This document shows positions 10,843-28,465 of a stretch of DNA of 64,000 nucleotides, piece after piece. Position numbers and translations under genes: made by a program. The stretch is from NCBI RefSeq assembly GCF_009914755.1, contig NC_060930.1, one strand, 5' to 3'. Within the stretch, counting starts at the first letter, position 1. Every line of letters starts with the position of its first letter. The stretch is from the human T2T-CHM13v2.0 reference genome, Homo sapiens. The notes beneath the pieces were generated by a model. That model was not told the origin of the DNA. It worked only from the letters and a program-made list of their open reading frames with translations, and searched no databases.

Positions 10843-13800
10843 AGATATAAAATATAATTTAAAAAATATTTCTCAATGTCTTAATGTAAATTGAAACTTA
10901 GATTTTCTTGAGGATATTTTCAAAAAAACATTTAAAGTGGAACATAAATGTTCTTTAGTTTATCAGAGACCCAGCTAATATGTTTAAAAAGTTGACTTGA
11001 CATGGTTGAATATGAACTTGAGGAAATAACCACAGATAAATGTCTACATCTGTAAACACGTGTCTCAAGTATTTATAGGTTCTTATCTTCAGTTCAGTGT
11101 TTAAGAATTTGAGGATATTTTGATTTTAGCTAAGCTGTTCATAATGTAAGTATATACACCTTTGTGAAGAATAAATCACATTTAGGTGTAAATACAGGCA
11201 ATCATTAATTGATACATCCATAATATACAAGGCTTTTATTATTTTTTCAGTTTATTATCTGTCATTTAATCTGAAAAGTAAATTCCATTAATCAGTCTTC
11301 AGGCTCTTTTATCAAGTGATTTAAATGTAGCCATTATTGCTTAACTGAAAGTATTAGGTAAACTTGCATCAGTAAGTCTTAGGGCTTGCTTTTCCTTTGA
11401 ACTGGTTATGTCCTTCAGTGCTTTATGTTTGAAATAAAATCTACATTTTCATATTTTTATAAATAAAATAGGATCAGATAGTATTTTAGGTTCTAGAAAT
11501 CTTTGCTGATTCCTTCTTTGAATTAAATTCAGAAATTTTCAAAGTAGGGCTAAAAATAAGTAAATCTTCCTTTTTATAGGTTAGAATATATAGTCAGAAT
11601 ACAAAGCTGTAATTCCTTAAATTCCATCAGGCTTGTTTTGTGAAATATAGTATTTATTATTTAAGGGTTATATTTCAGATCCTATAATTACCTCAGAAAA
11701 AGCTAAATATTTGGCACTTAAAATTCCATCAAACAGTTTAAGTGTTCATCAGAAATTCCTAAACTGTCTGGTTGCCATTATTTGGTAAGAACAATGAGAT
11801 ACTAATCTGTCAAAAATAGTGACCACTATCTTAGTAAACTGTTGATGGACTTAGTAAGTCTTCTGATATTGTAGGAAACAAATTATAATATTGATAGAGC
11901 CTCTATTGAGAAGAATTGTTTCTTCATCACATGATAATCTAACAGTTTAAAGTGGAGCTTTATCTAAGAACCAGGGAAGCAGTAGATTCATTAGTCTAGC
12001 TTTTCTCATCAACTCTTTGAAGCAATGATGAATCTGATAAAGTGAAGCCAAGTTTTCCCTGTTAGGTAGATGGCTTCTTTGAAGTTATAATTTATTGCTT
12101 CTTTTTCATCCCCCTACTTATTCTCTTGTTTGGACTTTCCAATTGCTACTGCTTTGTTTTCCATCACATCACTCCTTCCTGTTCTCCAAAATATGGAAAT
12201 AAAAAAGTCAATTAAAAGAACACCTTATTCTTAAGATAAAAAATTGTTATTATTTGACAACTAATTAATGTTTTGCAGCCCTAATATTCTTAAGTCTATA
12301 AGCCTATAAAACATTCTAAGTTCCTTGGAAGATAGAGGCTATATAAATTCAATAAGTATAAGGGAATATGGGAAAAATAAAAGTATCACTTTATTTAAAA
12401 ATAAGACAAGTCTGTTTGTTTTAAATACTGTTCTTACTATTAATGCATTGTTGACTCTAGAAACCTGCAAGTATCCATTTTTAAAATTTTATTTTAGTTG
12501 GTAATACTCTTTATTACTGAACGTAAAATTTTCAACATAAAACACCCTTCATTTATCCTTTACAAGTTTCATTTGAAGAAAGTTAGAAAAAATACTTAGA
12601 AATTCAAGGACTTGATATATCCCTTAATTTAGAAAGCTATTCAACTATCCCATAAATTTCTATTTAAAGTAGCAAAAATTTTAGGATAATACAGCTATTT
12701 GGCCCTGAATTATAACTGCCCCCTTTGATTGTAACCATTCAGTTTGCAGCATTCGTTTTTGTAATAGCAGTTTGGCTGCTATGGGTGTGATTCAATGGTA
12801 ACCTACAAGGCAAATTTGTACAGGAGCTGACAGATTTTTCTAACAAAATAAGGAGACTTTGAAGCACATTGAATAGGAGTTTTTAAATGAATAGGATTTT
12901 TTAAAGGAAAAAGAGTAGGAGCTTGGGGGGGAAGGCTGGTTGAAATAAATGAGCAAATCACAAATAATAAATCCTTTAGAAATACCTTGATTGGCAGTAA
13001 GTGTGGATTATGCTCATCTCAGTATTTAATTAGAAATAACTTACCTTTGTCTTTTGTCTTTTTAATTAAAGTGGCTGTAAAAAAGAAGGTCCAGATGAAC
13101 TGAGATTGTTTGCTTAGGAATTCTGTTTTACTCTTTTCCTTTTACCTGATGTTCTAAAACAGGGCTTACCTTGTTGAGGACCTTAGAGGCTTTGCAATTC
13201 TAGATTGTGATTCTTTCATATCATTTTAGTTTTTCTCCCAAGACTACACTAAAGGAGACATCACGAGATTTGCAAGGTTAAAAACAATTCTGCACGTGCT
13301 TCCTCCTGCTCCCAAATCCGGTCATCCACCTTTCAGAGCAGCACCGTAAAGTGAAGACAGACATTTATTAGATGAAATTCTGGTTTCACTTTTACACTTG
13401 TGCAAGCATTTTTAACAGTAAAGGAGAGGAAAGGGAGGAATTTATATTTCTAGATAATATATGAAAATTACCTTGATATTGTATTTTTAAGATCTTTCAC
13501 CAATACTGCAGTGCTGCACTAGAAATAATTAGTTTAAGAAAATACATTCAACATTGTCCAGGTGATCCTGTCACCTTTTAGATGACGAAAAACATCTTGA
13601 GGATGTTTTGTACAGTTATTTTCCCATTGTTACTCTTAGAGACTTTTGTTTCAAAAAGGCAGGCTCATTTTATTTTGTTTTATCTTAGAACATTTTAGCA
13701 GCTCTTTGTCATGGGTTAAAAAAATCTAGAATTAAAAAAATGTTTAATATATGATTTATATAATTTTGACAAGAATACAAATTCTTAGTCGTTCAAAATT

Positions 13801-14304
13801 GGAAGCGCTCTTAGAAGTGTCAAGCTCAGCTTTCCATTCCACAAATGAAGTAACTGGTAACTGTGACTTATTATGTTATACAGTGACAGTTATTATGTTA
13901 TACAGTGTCAGTTATACAGTGACAACCAGGACAAAATCCTAGGGTTCTAGATTCCCCTTCTGGTGCTCTTTTTACCAGATGATGGCATTACTAATTGCCT
14001 ACCTTGAGGCCTTTGAAATCACCATGTCTGATAAAAACATGCAATTGCTTTGGTGAATTTGTTTGTTTTATTGTTGTTGCTTTGAGTGAATGCTTCAGTT
14101 TGCTCTAGATTTTACTTTGTTTGTTAAAAATTACCATGTTTTAACCCCCGAAAACATTTAATGTTTTTGAAATGATTTTTTCATAACAATCTTATGAGTC
14201 TATTATATAATAGGAAGTATTTTGGAAATTTAATGGTGATATTTCTTTGGAAAAGAAAAATAAAAACTCTGGAATGCAGTGCTGGTTTGTATAATTCAAC
14301 CTTA

Positions 14305-14525
14305 AATGTGAGTTAAGCTCAGCTGGTGAGAAAACTAAACAAATGAGACCAAGTTCGTGACCATTAAGTCAGTCAGTCACCAGGTGAGACAGTCAGCTTT
14401 GCATTCTCTGCTGTGTTCTCCTAGCTCACGCCCACTCCAGGTGCATGCTGCCATCCTCTAAGGGCCTGGACCAAACAGGGAAGTTAGTTAAATCAATGCA
14501 AATCCATTATCACCCTGGAAAACCA
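14305..14525 (+). mobile_element. Ancient tRNA-derived SINE (MamSINE1-like)
   Basis: A-box-like GAGTTAAGCTCAGCTGGT...AATGAGACCAAGTTC and tail ATCAATGCAAATCCATTATCACCCTGGAAAA resemble the MamSINE1 consensus as I recall it. Confidence 0.45.
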
Positions 14526-15067
14526 GGGGACTGACCAGCCGAACACTGCCAGCTTGGCTGCTGAAGTGCCAGTTTACTGTCTTTACATATGCAGGACACA
14601 CACTACATCTCAATTTTCTCACATCATATGTAGTATTTATGCTGCAGATTGCAAAAGGCTTATAATTTATGTGAATTTTGGGAAGCTAGCATGAGTACCT
14701 TTCAGGGTATTGCATGGGAAATTAATTAGGTTTACTTTATTATTTTAAAAAAGTGTGGGTTAAGATTAAGCAACATGATTACTATATCATACACTTACAC
14801 GTAAATGTTTATAAAAACAAATACAGTTTATATTTAGCTGACATTTTATGATAGGACTTACTTGTGGTTCACAATTTAACTTGGTTAATGTAAGGAAACA
14901 TTTGGTCTAAGGAAGCAGAAGCTTAAGATAATGACCCTCTATAATACTTTTTGTGAAAAGTAAATATTAAAAATATGTTTTAAAGAACCGGGGATGTTAT
15001 CGAGATAGGCTTAAAAAAAAAAAAAACGGAAGTTTATACATTTATTTTCCCCTTCCCCTTACAGTTC

Positions 15068-15422
<355 letters not shown>

Positions 15423-16270
15423 TGACACACAACATTTCAAGGTGATCTTACCCAGGGGAATTGGACTGACTGGAACATTAGGTGGGTCAGTTTACAAATA
15501 CAAGTGACTCTATGTCAGTTTCTCTCAATTTTACAATACAGTATTACATTGTATTCAAGGAGGACTTTAATTTTCAATGGTACACATTCTGTGGTGATTC
15601 TTATAGACCATTTCAACACTGGCTATAAAACACTTAAAAAACATTTTTAAATTAACTCATGTTTTGTAGAATATTTTGAAGTACAGGAAGGGAAAAGTAC
15701 CATGAGTAACACTATGACTAAGGAAAAAAGAAGTGCTAATATTGGGATAAATGGCCTTCTCTTTATTTCACATGTATCCTGCCTTTTCAGTTACACTTTT
15801 TTGAGCATTCTCCACCACTATGAAAAACTATTTTAACATCTGGTTCTAATGTACTGCAGACAATCATATGTTTTATACATACAGGATGTTGCTTGCAGTT
15901 TTAACTTATGTTGCAATAAGCATTTTTGTACCCCCCTGTATTTCTACCTTTTGCATTTTTCCCTTAAGGTAGATCCTTGAGGGAGAATTACTAGATCCAA
16001 GGGTATAATCTCTTTTGTTCTAACTTCAAAAAATATTTTTGATGCCTATTTAAATTAGGATGATGAAATATAGATCATAGCTCACTATATGTTTTAAGAG
16101 TTTCACATCAAACTTTACATAGTAACGAAATGTCTGTGGACAGGATTTTGAACAGAAGTAAATATGGACCGAGTTGTCAACTAACTTGTCACTGTTTTAA
16201 ATCCATAAATTTCTATTCTTTGTTAAAATAACAAATTTAGAAGATAGCTAAGCCCATAGCCCAGTTATGA

Positions 16271-16274
<4 letters not shown>

Positions 16275-16309
<35 letters not shown>
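16275..16309. repeat. (GT)17 microsatellite
   Basis: Direct reading. Confidence 0.95.
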
Positions 16310-16311
<2 letters not shown>

Positions 16312-16639
16312 TCAGGGTGGGGAAAGACAATGTGGGGTATGGAGGAACATCTGGGAAATAAATTTAGCTAGTTATGAGTTAGGAAGCAGTTATTAAGACA
16401 AACCTATATCTTTGCCGAATTCTACTCTTTTATTTATTTTTTTAGATGCCTTGTATGGGTATACTTAGAATTAAGTGAGATTTCATACAAGTGAATTAAT
16501 TGTACTAATCTTCTTGTTAATTTGCTTTAAAATTTTAGTAAGTTCCCATGAATCATTTTTTCAGATCTTGCATTGGATTTTTAAAAATGAGTTTCTGAGA
16601 TAAACTTGCTTCTAATCTAGTTGTGAGGACAAGTGATGA

Positions 16640-17280
16640 TAATAACTAACATTTCATGGAGTGCAGCTTTTCACATATAAGATTTATTCTCATTTGAAGA
16701 GGAAATTGAGGCTTACAGAGGATAGATGACCTGCCCAAGAACAACTTGGTAGTAAGAATCAGATATGGGATTTGAACTGTTGTTTTTTTCTGGGGAGGAT
16801 GTTGGGGGAGCCTTCAGGATCCAAGCTCTAACTCCTGCTCTAGAGGAGATGTGAATGACGATCATGTCTGTGCTTTTTCTAGCATAGAACATGATAAACC
16901 CCACCAGAGATTCAAACAAGGTGATATCAGGTTCAAAGTAAGGAGAGATCTTGTCTGGTCAGGAGAATCCAAAAAGGGTTCATGGAAGAGTTAGCTTTTA
17001 AGATGATTTTGAAGAAGAGGCAAAGAGAGATGATGGGTAGAAAAGAAAACTCAGGACAGAGAGAATAGCATAAGCAAAGAAAATGGAGGCAATTGAAGAC
17101 CAAGTGTTTTCTGGGAACAGTAACATTTGAAATGTAATGTTTACAAAGGAGAATAATGGAGTATAAGACTAGAAAGATAAATTTATCTTTCTAGATGGAA
17201 GCTATCATAAATAGTTTCTATACAATTTAGTGGACAGTGGGGGAGCTCTTGGAAGTCTACGAGCAAAGGAGTTATATGCA
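16640..17280 (-). mobile_element. MIR (~16640-16780) and L2 (~16900-17280) fragments
   Basis: GAGGAAATTGAGGCTTACAGAG...GACCTGCCCAAG...GGGATTTGAAC (MIR), followed by purine-rich L2-like sequence. Confidence 0.55.
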
Positions 17281-17283
17281 TAG

Positions 17284-17635
17284 CTGTGGCTGTACCCAAC
17301 AAAGATGAGATCAACACCCTTCCCAAATTGGTTTGGATATCAAGACTGATGAGACCACACACACACCAAGAGAGTATGCACAGGTTTATTACTTGCATAA
17401 TGTGACTTTTTGGGGAGAGCAGGACTTGGCTTTGTTTTTCATTGTGATCAGGGTTGGAGCCACGTGGAGGCTTCAGGTTTGTCTGGTCTTCACATTCCAG
17501 CAGATGCCAAGGGATGAAGTTCATGGGCCCTATTATAGGCTTGCTCAGATATGGGACAAAAAGTGGGAGGAGGAGGAATGGATCTTAAAAACTATGAGTA
17601 CTCAGACATCACAAATGGAGTCAGACTCTATTACA
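17284..17635 (-). mobile_element. ERVL LTR (LTR53-like), 3' LTR of the provirus
   Basis: The minus strand begins TGTAATAGAGTCTGACTCCATTT. It shares ACACACACCAAGAG.GTATG...TTTATTAC...ATAATG.GACTTTTTGG.GAGAGCAGG with 22830-22904. Confidence 0.7.
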
Positions 17636-18823
17636 ATTCACCACTGATGTTTGATTGATGACTGAAATGTGCCAGGGCTGATTTAATTGATTTTGAACTT
17701 GTTTAAATAAACCATTATTGTACTCTATGAGACTTGCAGCATGAGGTCAGTAAGAGAGGTGAGAGTTCCATTGCATGTCTTCTTCAAAAGTCCATGGTGT
17801 GTATTTTAAGAAGTGAAATGCAGGCCTTGGTCATCATCAATAATTTCTGGAACTCTGAAGGGGATAAGAAGTGTCTTGGTGAGGCCTTTTCGTTTAGTTT
17901 TAGTGTGGGCTGATGTGTGACATTTGTTTATATTTTGGCTATCTGTAAGGCAAAAAATTCCCAGAGATTTTGTTTTTAGCCCAAAGTGGGGTGACCTTGG
18001 ATAAGGAATTGCTATTATTGCTACAGATCAGACTAACTGACTAGATAATTAGTAATGCCCCAATAATGTATACAAATAGACATACTGGACCAGTTGTTGG
18101 TTAAACATCATGTAGTGCTAAGATGACTGCATGAAGTTTGGTTGGTTGTGCTGGCTCTTGAGTCCCATCCTTGATCAGGGATGTCCTGGTTAGGGAATGA
18201 ATAGCAGCAGCTCACTAGAGGGCATCATTACATTTTATGGTGACCTTGCATATGAAATCCCTTTTCTGATTACTCAGTTGATCCCAAGAGACTCTCCAGG
18301 TGGCCAGTGGGCCTGGAAGAAGGGTGGCCTACAGCACCATTACCTTTGGCAAGGGGCTGAGGACAGGAGAAACCACTTCCTCCTGTAGGTTGGATATGCC
18401 AGGAGGCCTAAGTTTGCTTCTGGTCTATAAGTACTATTTCCATTTTTGTCCAGAGGCCTCTATAACTAACTGTGCTGATTGTGCAGAGTGCTGTGTCAAT
18501 GATCCAAGGCATAAGAGGCAGCTGGGTACATAGGATCACAGGCTTAGCGGCCATGAGGGTATTTGTCTCCAGAAAGGCCCAATGTGCAACCAGCAGTTGA
18601 TGTTCAAATGGTGTGTGGCATGGGACTGAGGAGGGCAGCTTCCTGTATCAAAAGCCTGTGGGCAACTTACAGGTGATCCAGAGACCCCAGGAGGCATGAG
18701 AGGAGGTTGCTAAAACCTCTACAGTGAGGGAATCTCTGGGGTATATTAAGGAGAGTGCTTATTGTGTGTAATTTGAACAGATTCTAGAGCATTTAGTTAA
18801 AGGAGACCTCATTCAAGGTGGGC

Positions 18824-21332
<2,509 letters not shown>

Positions 21333-22259
21333 TGGGCCAGTTTGCAAGTAGCAGCATAAGTGAACTTAAGTAAAATTTGTAAGTAAGGAATATTTGCCTT
21401 CAGAAGCCTAAAAAGTCCTAAAAGATTGTTTGCTTATCTTAACATTGCAGGTGTTAAGAGAGGGCCACTAATTGTTTTCTGATAGTATCAGAGCTGGAGT
21501 AGTCCTTGACTGACAAAATAATTCCCAGTAATTTAACTGATATGGCAGGGCCTTGTACTTTTTGTTGGGCAATGCCCATTTCTTTTTGTGAGTATTTGTA
21601 TTTTTTGAATGAGTATGTCAAATGAATCTTTGAAGAGGAGGATGCCATCAACGTAATATCATATCTGTGTTCCTGGAAGAAGGTGGATGTGATGAAGATC
21701 ATGGCAGCAGAGATTGTGTAGGAGGGCAGGGTTATTGAGATACCTCATGGACAGTCAGGTAAAGTTGTATTGTGTCCCTTTGAAGGTGAAGGCAAATTGG
21801 AACTGAGAGGCTGTTGAAATAGAAACTTAATAGAACATATTTGCCACATGTATAATAGGAAAGCATTTTTCAGTTACTGATTGGATAGAGTCAATAATTT
21901 CAATAATATCAGGTATGAGAGCCTTAATTGAGGCACCGTGCCATTAAGGTTGTGATAATCTGCTGTTAGATGCCATTCATTGTTATCAAGTTTGAGCGTT
22001 GGCCAAACTGGGCAATTAAAAGGGAAAATAGCAGGAATGATGGCGCCTTCCTTTTGGAAGTCTTAGATGGTGGGTTTTAATTCCTGTAGGTCTTGGTTTA
22101 ATCTATATTGGACTTTTTAACTATTTTAGCTGTGAGAGAAGGTCCATGGTCTTGGTTTAATCTATGTTGGACTATACTAACTAATTTAGCTGTGAGGAAA
22201 GGTCCATGGAGTCCCATTTTGGTAAGCCAATTTTAAGTGCCAAAAACTTAATTTTATTT

Positions 22260-22715
<456 letters not shown>

Positions 22716-22754
22716 TCAACTAGACAATGCAGTTGAGTCTACCAGTTGCTTTTT

Positions 22755-23160
22755 GGTTGCCCTGTGGATGGCAGGATCATCATCTACTCATGACTCCCAC
22801 CAAAGTGGTTTGAATTTTAAGTTTGAGAATGATACACACACACACACCAAGAGGGTATGAAAGGATTTATTACCCGTATAATGGGACTTTTTGGAGAGAG
22901 CAGGGCAGACATCCAAGCTAGTATAGAAGGGCTTAAGCAAAGAGAGGAGAGTGGCTCTGATTTTTATTGTGGGTAGACAGTCAGGCCAGGATAAGGGTTC
23001 CTAGGTTTGCTTGGTTTGAATTCCCTCCTGCTTCTCCTCTACCCGCCATTCATGCCAAGGTAGGAGGGGGTTGTGAAGGAGTAAGAAGTAGGGAATGGGA
23101 ATAACTGTGGATTTATTAGTTTGCCCAGATGTGGGGTGAGAGAATAAAAGGGAGGGGTAG
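22755..23160 (-). mobile_element. ERVL LTR (LTR53-like), 5' LTR, with its outer end missing
   Basis: Diverged direct repeat of 17284-17635 on the other side of the pol remnant. Confidence 0.7.
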
Positions 23161-25329
23161 TATATATACATAACTTGTTTCTCTTCTGCATGTATGGTAT
23201 ATGGGATTATGGGCTAAGTGACCCAAATAATTCAAAGTTTTTATTTTTTTATTTTTTGATGTTAAACTATAAACAATCACTACATTTTGATGGCATTTAA
23301 CATATGTGAAGAATGATAATAAAATAATAGAAAATCCTGGTTAAGATATTGTATATGGAAAAGAGGACCATAGGAATGCCATTTACAAGTCTAAAATGGA
23401 AAAAAAAATAGCTCAAAAATGAAGCACTTCCCTTAAAAGAATAGTAACACTATTTTACTTTGACTATCCAGATGTGCTCATAGATTTTCTTTGTGACATT
23501 AAATGATCCGTTTTTATGCTATTGGCTGCATCCATTTTTGCAAAAATGCTTTCCAGAAACTGAAACTTAGTTTTGAATATTGGTGTAACACCATTGTAGA
23601 TAAGTAAGACATTTCAAGCCTTGTTTTGAATGTGTTGACCTTAATTATCAGATCTGAGGTCTGCATTTATCATATGAATCAAATGGTTATGAAGTTCTCC
23701 TTTTAAAGTTAAGAAAACTTTGTCATGTCTTTTCAGCTTAATCTTGGTTGGACAGTTGTCCTCTCGGTAGAAAAGCTGAGAACAAGCATTCCTGCCCTTC
23801 TCATGTGTCTGCCAGAGTGCTAATCCCTATGTCCTCACCAAGGCCCAGCTTTAAGGGCTCCTCTGCTGCTTATGTAAACTGACCTGATGTACACTGCAAT
23901 CGAGGTATTTTTCAAATAACCTGCAGCTTCACATACAAATCAGCTGCTTCTTATTTTAAGTGGCTTTATTGGTCATAAAACCAAAATTACCATTCAGTCC
24001 AAAGAAACAACTTTTTTCAATTAATTTTAGAATAATATAGAAACTGTATTTTTAGATTGACTTTTCCTACACTTGACTGTTTTGCATGTGCGGGTTGCCA
24101 TAGTGTTAGTCTTTGGTAAGAGATGTAACAATACAAATCAAAAACAAAGAACCACTGAGCTGGATTTTTCTCTGTGTGTCATCTACCCCTTGATTGGAGG
24201 TAATTGCTTTGGCATTGAGAAAACCTGACTCAATTCTTTGACTTCGTGTTAGGAAAAAAATGGCATTTAACTAAACACAACCAGCAATGTTGATGTTTAG
24301 GATATTTGACAATTTGTTACTGTCCTTGTTTTGCTTGAGAAACTCAATTTGCAGCCAGCATTTTGCTAACAGAACCGAGTGCAGAAAGCCGATGGTACTT
24401 GACTGGATGGGACTAGTTTTGGCCAATCCATGAGTTGAGCAGCGTTCCAAGCCAGATTGAGGCTTGACTCAAGTGGACTTTCTTACTGGCAATGGCTTCT
24501 GGAGATTCTGGCAGTGCCGTAGTCTCCACGGGAGACTGAATGCATGAATTTGGATTAAGTACAACCGTGAGTGGCAGAAGTTGAGGTACATGTTTTTTTC
24601 TTTCATGTTAAGAGAGGAGGTTTGAATCAAGAAGCGATATGGCAACTTTGTTCCACAAATTTCTCGGGAGATTTCTAGCCTTATTGCTCCTCTATGCCTA
24701 GTAGTTAGCCCTAATCCTTTTGGTATGAATTGGCTTGAGTCTAGAATCCTGTGAGGATAAGCCCTTGGGAGGCTCCACTTTGTCCTCCAGTAACAAGTGG
24801 ACTAGTCTTTACAGGATGCCTTTTATGTCTGTGCGTGTGTGTGTGTGTCAGGAGAGAGGATAAACTCAGCTTCTCTACATATATTTTTTCTGACTCTTAA
24901 CCATGTAGTTTGCATATTGAAAAACAGAGTATCTATTAATTGCAACTGTGGTGAAAGCCCTACATTTCCTTTTGGGCTATGTGGGGTTTTGTTTTTGTTT
25001 TTCCTTCTGTAGCTGAAATGAACTATCTCACTGTGATTCACATTAGTGAGGTTTCAAGAATACTTATTCAAGACTTTCTAAGGGTCAAGGCCATAGGGGC
25101 ATATGGGGAACAAAAGATGAATAAGAATAGAATTGGTACATTCTTATAATATAAATGGGGCAAATACACAGGTAACTATAATACAAAGCAAAATGTGAAT
25201 AGAAAGGTACATAGGGTTGTGAAAACCCAAAGGAAAGATTATTTTTATTTGGATGAGTCAGAGAAGACTCCATGGAGTCAATGTTACTGGATTTGGGCTT
25301 TGGAGGACTAGAGACTAGAGGCAACCATT

Positions 25330-26106
<777 letters not shown>

Positions 26107-27679
26107 GAGTAGGATTTTTCTAGGTAGTTTGGGGTCATAATGGGGAGTATGGCAGGGTGAGGTTGTATTGGAGAGAGTATCCCAATCCATATAAACAATG
26201 TGAGCAGAAGTGTGTAATGGAAAAACTCAGGTTGCATTAGGGAAGTAGCAAATGGTTTGATTTGGTTAGAATAAAGAGAGGATGGCAAGTAGGAGGTAAC
26301 TGGTAAGATTTGGGACAAGGTCATGAAAAACTTTGGAGCCATGCTTAAAAGCTTAGAATTTATTCAATCAGAAACAGTAAGCTGTGGAAGGTTTTTGAGT
26401 AGAAAGAACTAGAATCAAAACTATGCTTTCTTTTTTGAAGAACATCTTCTCTTCTTACATATACTGTATACTTTCTTGTGGTTACACTTTTTTTCCTGTT
26501 GAATTTTCTGTCCTGTCAACAAGAACATATAATTTACAAAGTAAAAATTAGAAGTACAGCATATTATGCATTTCATATTGCTGCTCTTTAAACTTTGGGT
26601 AACTGCTTAACAATTTTGATTGCATAAGGTAGTTTTCCTCTGATTGACTCTCATTTAAGCATCTCTAGGATCAAATGATTTTATTTTATGGGCAATATGG
26701 AGACAAGAAGACCTCCTATTAGTGATTCTCATTCTATTTTTAATATACAATTATTTTGTACTTTTACCAAGGGGTAAACAATTTTTGGTTGTTTTTTAAA
26801 AAATGAAGCCTTTTTACAAATTACAAAAAAATTCTTCATTGTTAACTATTTCGGAAATTTTTTGAAAAATGGAAACAAATAAATCAACATAGTTTTTTTA
26901 CCTTCAGACCCCTATTTCTTTTTAGTTTTTTTTCCTGAAACTAATTTATTGTTAAAAGATTGAAGATGATGCATGAAAATATTTAAATTTAAGTAGAAAA
27001 TATGTCATTGGCGTAAATAAATCTGATTTCGTGATTTGACAGTAAAATGTTACATTATCATTTAGATAATGTGTTCTTCAGGACACCAGCATATTATTCA
27101 TTAGGAGTCTTAGTTTAGTTCAAAAAATGAACACAGATTATCTCCAAGTAAACAAAGCAGTTGCTCTTTCTCTGTAAAAACAGAGAAGATTCTCAGTTTT
27201 GTTCTGGATTTTCAAAAGACAATCACAATCCAGCAGAGGTTACTCTTGTTCTGAACAAAGCTTTTTATAATTTTGTCAGAGGATTTGCAGCATAATTCCA
27301 TTATCACAAATTCCGAAAATACTACATACAAGATACAAAATATTTGATAAACGAGGGCAGAATAATAAACGTGGCCTATTTGTAATATTACATCAGACAA
27401 AACTAGTTGTTACTATTATATTTGGCATCAAGAATTATCCTTTTGTTTGTAACTTGTAACTTGTTTATTGCATATTGGGACTATTATAACAAACCTCCAA
27501 CAAAATGGAGGGGGATTTCTAGAAAAATTTAGAGCCATGTTAAAAATCCTTTACATTCATTATGTGAATTGTTTTAAATAGGAAAAGTTTTCGAATTAAA
27601 AAAAATTGACTTTATTAGTTCTGAAAATTAAAAAACCCATCTCTCTTTTACAAGAAACCTGTGTAGTTGTGTTTTATAA

Positions 27680-27837
27680 CAGTGCTTCTCAAACTAGTGT
27701 GTGGAGGAATTATTCAGAGTGTTTGTTAAAGTGTAGTGTCTGTTTGAGAAGGTCTGGTGTGGAGCCTGAGATTCTACATTTCTAACAAACTCAGTTCAGA
27801 AGCCATTGGTCCGGAGGCTACACTTTGAATAACAAGA
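27680..27837. mobile_element. MER5-family hAT-Charlie element
   Basis: CAGTGCTTCTCAAACT...GGAGCCTGAGATTCTACATTTCTAACAAACTC...CACTTTGA. Confidence 0.7.
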
Positions 27838-28363
27838 TTTTAGAGGAAGGTAAAAAAGAAAATGTGTTTGGAAAACTGTCTGATAGATAAATTTAACTAC
27901 ACGTAAATTGCTCATGAAATGCTGGCATCAGGAAAGGCTATCATTCAATACTAAACAATTCACAACTGCAATAAGGTATGAGATTTTAACTCAGTTACAT
28001 TTTCCAAAATATTTTTCTTTTGTGCACTTACTAACTCCATAGCTCTGTCACTCTGACACAACAAGTTTAATCTAGAGTTGACTGCAGACATCAAACATAA
28101 AATACGAGTTCATATTTTGGATTTGTGTTTGTAAGGAAACTTGAAATGAGTCTTTTCCAAGTCTTTGAAGATATTTAAATGTAGTCATTTTCATTAATTA
28201 CTCTTAACAAGTAATTAATACTGTGTTTGGAATTTCACAGGAGCTTATGTCTTTCAAATGCTAAATTTGTGTTTGATACCCTTTTGCAGACATTCAGGCT
28301 AATTACTTACTGGCCTTTCATAAACACTCAAGAGTGAGAAAGGGAGAAACCTAAGTAGAGCGA

Positions 28364-28465
28364 ATCCTGTAACTAATAACAGATGAGATGTTCATTATGT
28401 AGAGAGTGTTTTTTTATCCTGTAACTAATAACAGATGAGATGTTCATTATGTAGAGAGTGTTTTT
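28364..28465. repeat. Perfect two-copy tandem duplication, 52-bp period
   Basis: ATCCTGTAACTAATAACAGATGAGATGTTCATTATGTAGAGAGTGTTTTT starts at 28364 and again at 28416. Confidence 0.97.

Noticed and set aside
13868-13925. Short repeated GTTATACAGTG(A/T)CA units as an array or CRISPR-like structure
   Set aside because: Three imperfect local slippage copies with no unique spacers; eukaryotic context
14305-14380. tRNA gene
   Set aside because: Only a degenerate A-box; no B-box or cloverleaf; better explained as an ancient SINE head
17640-18100. Retroviral env (syncytin-like) next to a trophoblast gene
   Set aside because: No ORF and no fusion-peptide, ISD or CX6CC motif found; ERVL elements generally lack env
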